A stretch of DNA of 64,000 nt, from NCBI RefSeq assembly GCF_009914755.1, contig NC_060932.1. One strand, given 5' to 3'. The notes beneath the pieces are model-generated. The model was not told where the DNA came from. It searched no databases and was given only the letters and a program-made list of their open reading frames with translations. This document shows, one piece after another, positions 61,097 to 64,000 of this stretch; the stretch's first letter is position 1, and the number at the start of each line of letters is the position of its first letter. The position numbers and the translations under genes were made by a program. The stretch comes from the human T2T-CHM13v2.0 reference genome, Homo sapiens.

Positions 61097-63089
61097 GTGG
61101 TGAAGTAGCTAAAATTTAACTTAGATACCTTCTCATCCTTCAATGATCCCTCCTTTATCCAACCCTTGGGACCCATAATCTTTATTGTATTTCCTCTACT
61201 TGTTAACAAGATATTTAGTTGAATTTCTATTCACATGAAGGTATATATACGTAATGATCAATTAAAGCAATACTTCTCCATTGAAGAAGTTACACAGTAG
61301 TTACGATAGACGAAGTTTTAACAGTTAAATTTCAGATATAAAATCAAGAATGCTAAAGAATTAATTTGGAATATCCAGCTTGTTCTCTGTGGTTCTTAAG
61401 TCACACCCATTTATTTTCAAAAAGGTAGATAGTAAAATATCAGCCAAGGCAGTGGCATGAAAAAACTCATGCACATGTATGATCTGTTGATGATGACTTA
61501 GTGAGCACCCAGGTAAAAATCAGAGGACAGAAGTTGTTTCTGTCAATGGAGGACAAGGAAATTTGGAGTCCTCAATATGCAATATTATCCCAAACACAGG
61601 TAACTCTGGAAATACAACAAAAACAAAAACTATTAGGATATTTAGGTATATACTCAAGTCAGTTATAGTGTCTTATTTCACTAATTTGGTAGTTTATTAA
61701 GTGAGAAAGGCCTCTGAAATGCTGTTTAGGCAAAATGTTAACTCAGTTGCACTGTGAGAACTGCCACCTTCCTCCTGAATGTCCCTGGTTGGTTCCTAGT
61801 GTCTGAATATAAACATGACATTTTTCTGTTCTCTACCTATCCTTACTTACAAATTCTTACAATACTGCATTTAGCAATATTTGGTCTATAAAGCTATAAA
61901 GCTGTTAGAACAATGTTTTAAAACATAATTTAATAATCTATTGAACTATGACAGAAGGTGGGAACTTGTTTATTCTTGCATATTTCTGTCTTAATTTCCT
62001 GAATAATTCTTGTTCTAATTGTGACTTTGTGTTTCTGAAAACCAAGATGTTAAATCCATAACAATTAAACTGGTTCAAGAAAGTTTAGATATATAGGAAA
62101 GGCTACATGTATATTTTAGGACAATAGAGTAGACTTCTCCAAAACATGCCTTTCTTATAACAATTTCTTAGTTATCTGAAAGACAATACAATTGTTTTCA
62201 TCCAATAATTTTGAAAACACTGGGAATATTTTTTCTAACATATATGCATGTTAAAATATCTTGACTCGTTATTTTGGATGTTTTTTGGCTACTCTATCTC
62301 ATGCCTTTGTATTTAAAATGTATGAGTTACTTGTGTTTCAATAGAATATTAGTTGTCTTTCTTTTGTTTCTTTGTACTTCATGGAGATAATTATCATAAC
62401 ACAAGTAGAAATTTTTAAGATTTTATATTTTTCCAAGTTTTGGTTTAGTCTTTTTTGTTTTGCAAACCACAAGCATTTTACTCTCTTTCACTACATATGC
62501 TATAATTATCAGATAATTAAAATATGTAGTAAATACAGTAAAGGAAAGCAAAGCAAGGCAAAGATCTGCTAGAAATTTACTACTTTAAAAAAAGAGATCA
62601 AGATCACTATTTCTATATTGTGTGAGATTAATGATTCATTCAAGCCTGTGTCTTGTCTCTAAAGGAAGTATGTGGGATCTTTTGAAAAGAAGAGGGCATT
62701 TTGATGCTAATGTCAAAGTTACAATATTTCTGAAGTTACTCATTAAGTTACTATTTAAACACTCTAAACCATTTCCCAGTTATGTATTTCTTTTGATTCT
62801 GCAGGTGAAGTATTTGGGTATATGGTATTGTAGAAACAAACAAACTCACTTTATCTGCATTTACAGAATTCTTCATGAAAACTTTGGTTAATCTTTTCCT
62901 ACCAATCTCAGTTTTATAGCTTCCTGTTATCATTCAAAGTGAAAACTCTTACTTTTTTTTTCTGTTTTCTCCATCTTAAAATTCTGTTGCCTTTTCCTGA
63001 ATATTGCTTTGCTTGACTACTAGAATAAATAACGCAAATAATAAATACATCATTATATATTATAGTATTAGTTAAAATTTTTAAAAATG

Positions 63090-63960
63090 GAATTTTAAAA
63101 GAGGTCAGTTAGGGGACCTAATATACATTTGGGGATAAGGAACATCACTTCGATTAAATGATATTTAAGTGCAATTTCTCCGAGACCAAGAAAATAGGTA
63201 GAAATTAGATGGATGTAGAGTATAGAGGAATCATTTTTTAGGTAAAGAAAATGCATATGCCAAAATCCTGAGCTCAGAACATACTTGATGAATTAAGAGA
63301 TTGAAATGGTGCCAGCATTTTTAGAATGCAGTGAGAAAACTGTGAGCGGGACATGAGATGACATTGGTAGTTATTGGAAGATGACGTTGGTAGTTATTGG
63401 AAGCTGACAAATATTTTGGTCCTTACTCAAAGGTCAATTAGAAGTATGAGTGGTTTAAACTTGGGTATTGATAAGGAAGGGGGTGAAGCCATATTTTGGA
63501 GGAAAAGTCTCCAGGACACGTGAAGATAGGAGCTAATTCATGAATGATTCCAAGTTTCTGGCTTGATGCTTTTTTGTTGAAATAAGAGAAACTGAGTGAA
63601 CTGCAGATGTCTAGGTAAGGAGAGATGATTAATCTATTATTAAGTCATTATTAAGTTTGATTTACCTATGTGACTGTTTAATGCTGAGTGAAAAATATCA
63701 AATGGACAGTTTGAGAATGGATGCAAAAAAGATACCTCACTGAAGTTGTAAGTTATCAGCCATTGGTATAAAGATAATATTTAACATTTGAGTAATAGAT
63801 TGGATGAAATCATCATTTTAGGAGTCAGTGTAGATAGAAACCGTAACAGAATCCAGAATCTAAACCTGAGGACTCTAATATGTAGCAGTCAGGGATAAAT
63901 GGAGTTGACAATTTTAAAAAGGCAGAAAATGTGGCCAGGGAACTAAATGTGGCAGGAACT
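63090..63960 (-). mobile_element. L2 fragments
   Basis: gaatgattccaagtttctggcttg; agtttgatttacctatgtgact; gatggatgaaatc-like text. Confidence 0.65.
63357..63409 (+). repeat. 23-bp tandem duplication (2.3 copies)
   Basis: gatgacattggtagttattggaa / gatgacgttggtagttattggaa / gctgaca. Confidence 0.93.
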
Positions 63961-64000
63961 TGAGATAATATGAAAGGTAAAAATAATAATAGTAAATTAT

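Noticed and set aside
62780-62830. Strong splice acceptor ttcttttgattctgcag, and isolated donors near 15592 and 15927
   Set aside because: No convincing partner site or coding frame; isolated splice-like motifs are expected by chance in 64 kb.

Overview
AT-rich, non-coding primate DNA (Alu, L1PA, THE1/MST, LTR12 and LTR14-type elements indicate a simian, probably human or ape, genome) from an intergenic or deep-intronic region. No protein-coding gene, RNA gene or CRISPR array is supportable. The longer ORFs are Alu, L1 or LTR by-products, or chance ORFs. About half the window is a fossil record of transposable elements: about 10 Alus, two truncated L1PA copies, old L1M/L2/MIR fragments, MER44/MER5A/MER33-like DNA transposons, a complete two-LTR MST (MaLR) provirus, and solo LTRs (LTR12D-like, LTR14/HML-10-like, LTR27-like, THE1, MSTA). 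Subfamily names come from recalled consensus sequences, not from a search. I see no evidence of a new biological system. The best leads are regulatory and mechanistic: a perfect three-half-site composite retinoic-acid element (DR2+DR0) in unique DNA, a CpG-rich LTR12 promoter with 7 CCAAT boxes, a 45-bp dispersed duplication, a 113-bp tandem duplication in an LTR, and an Alu tail carrying foreign sequence.
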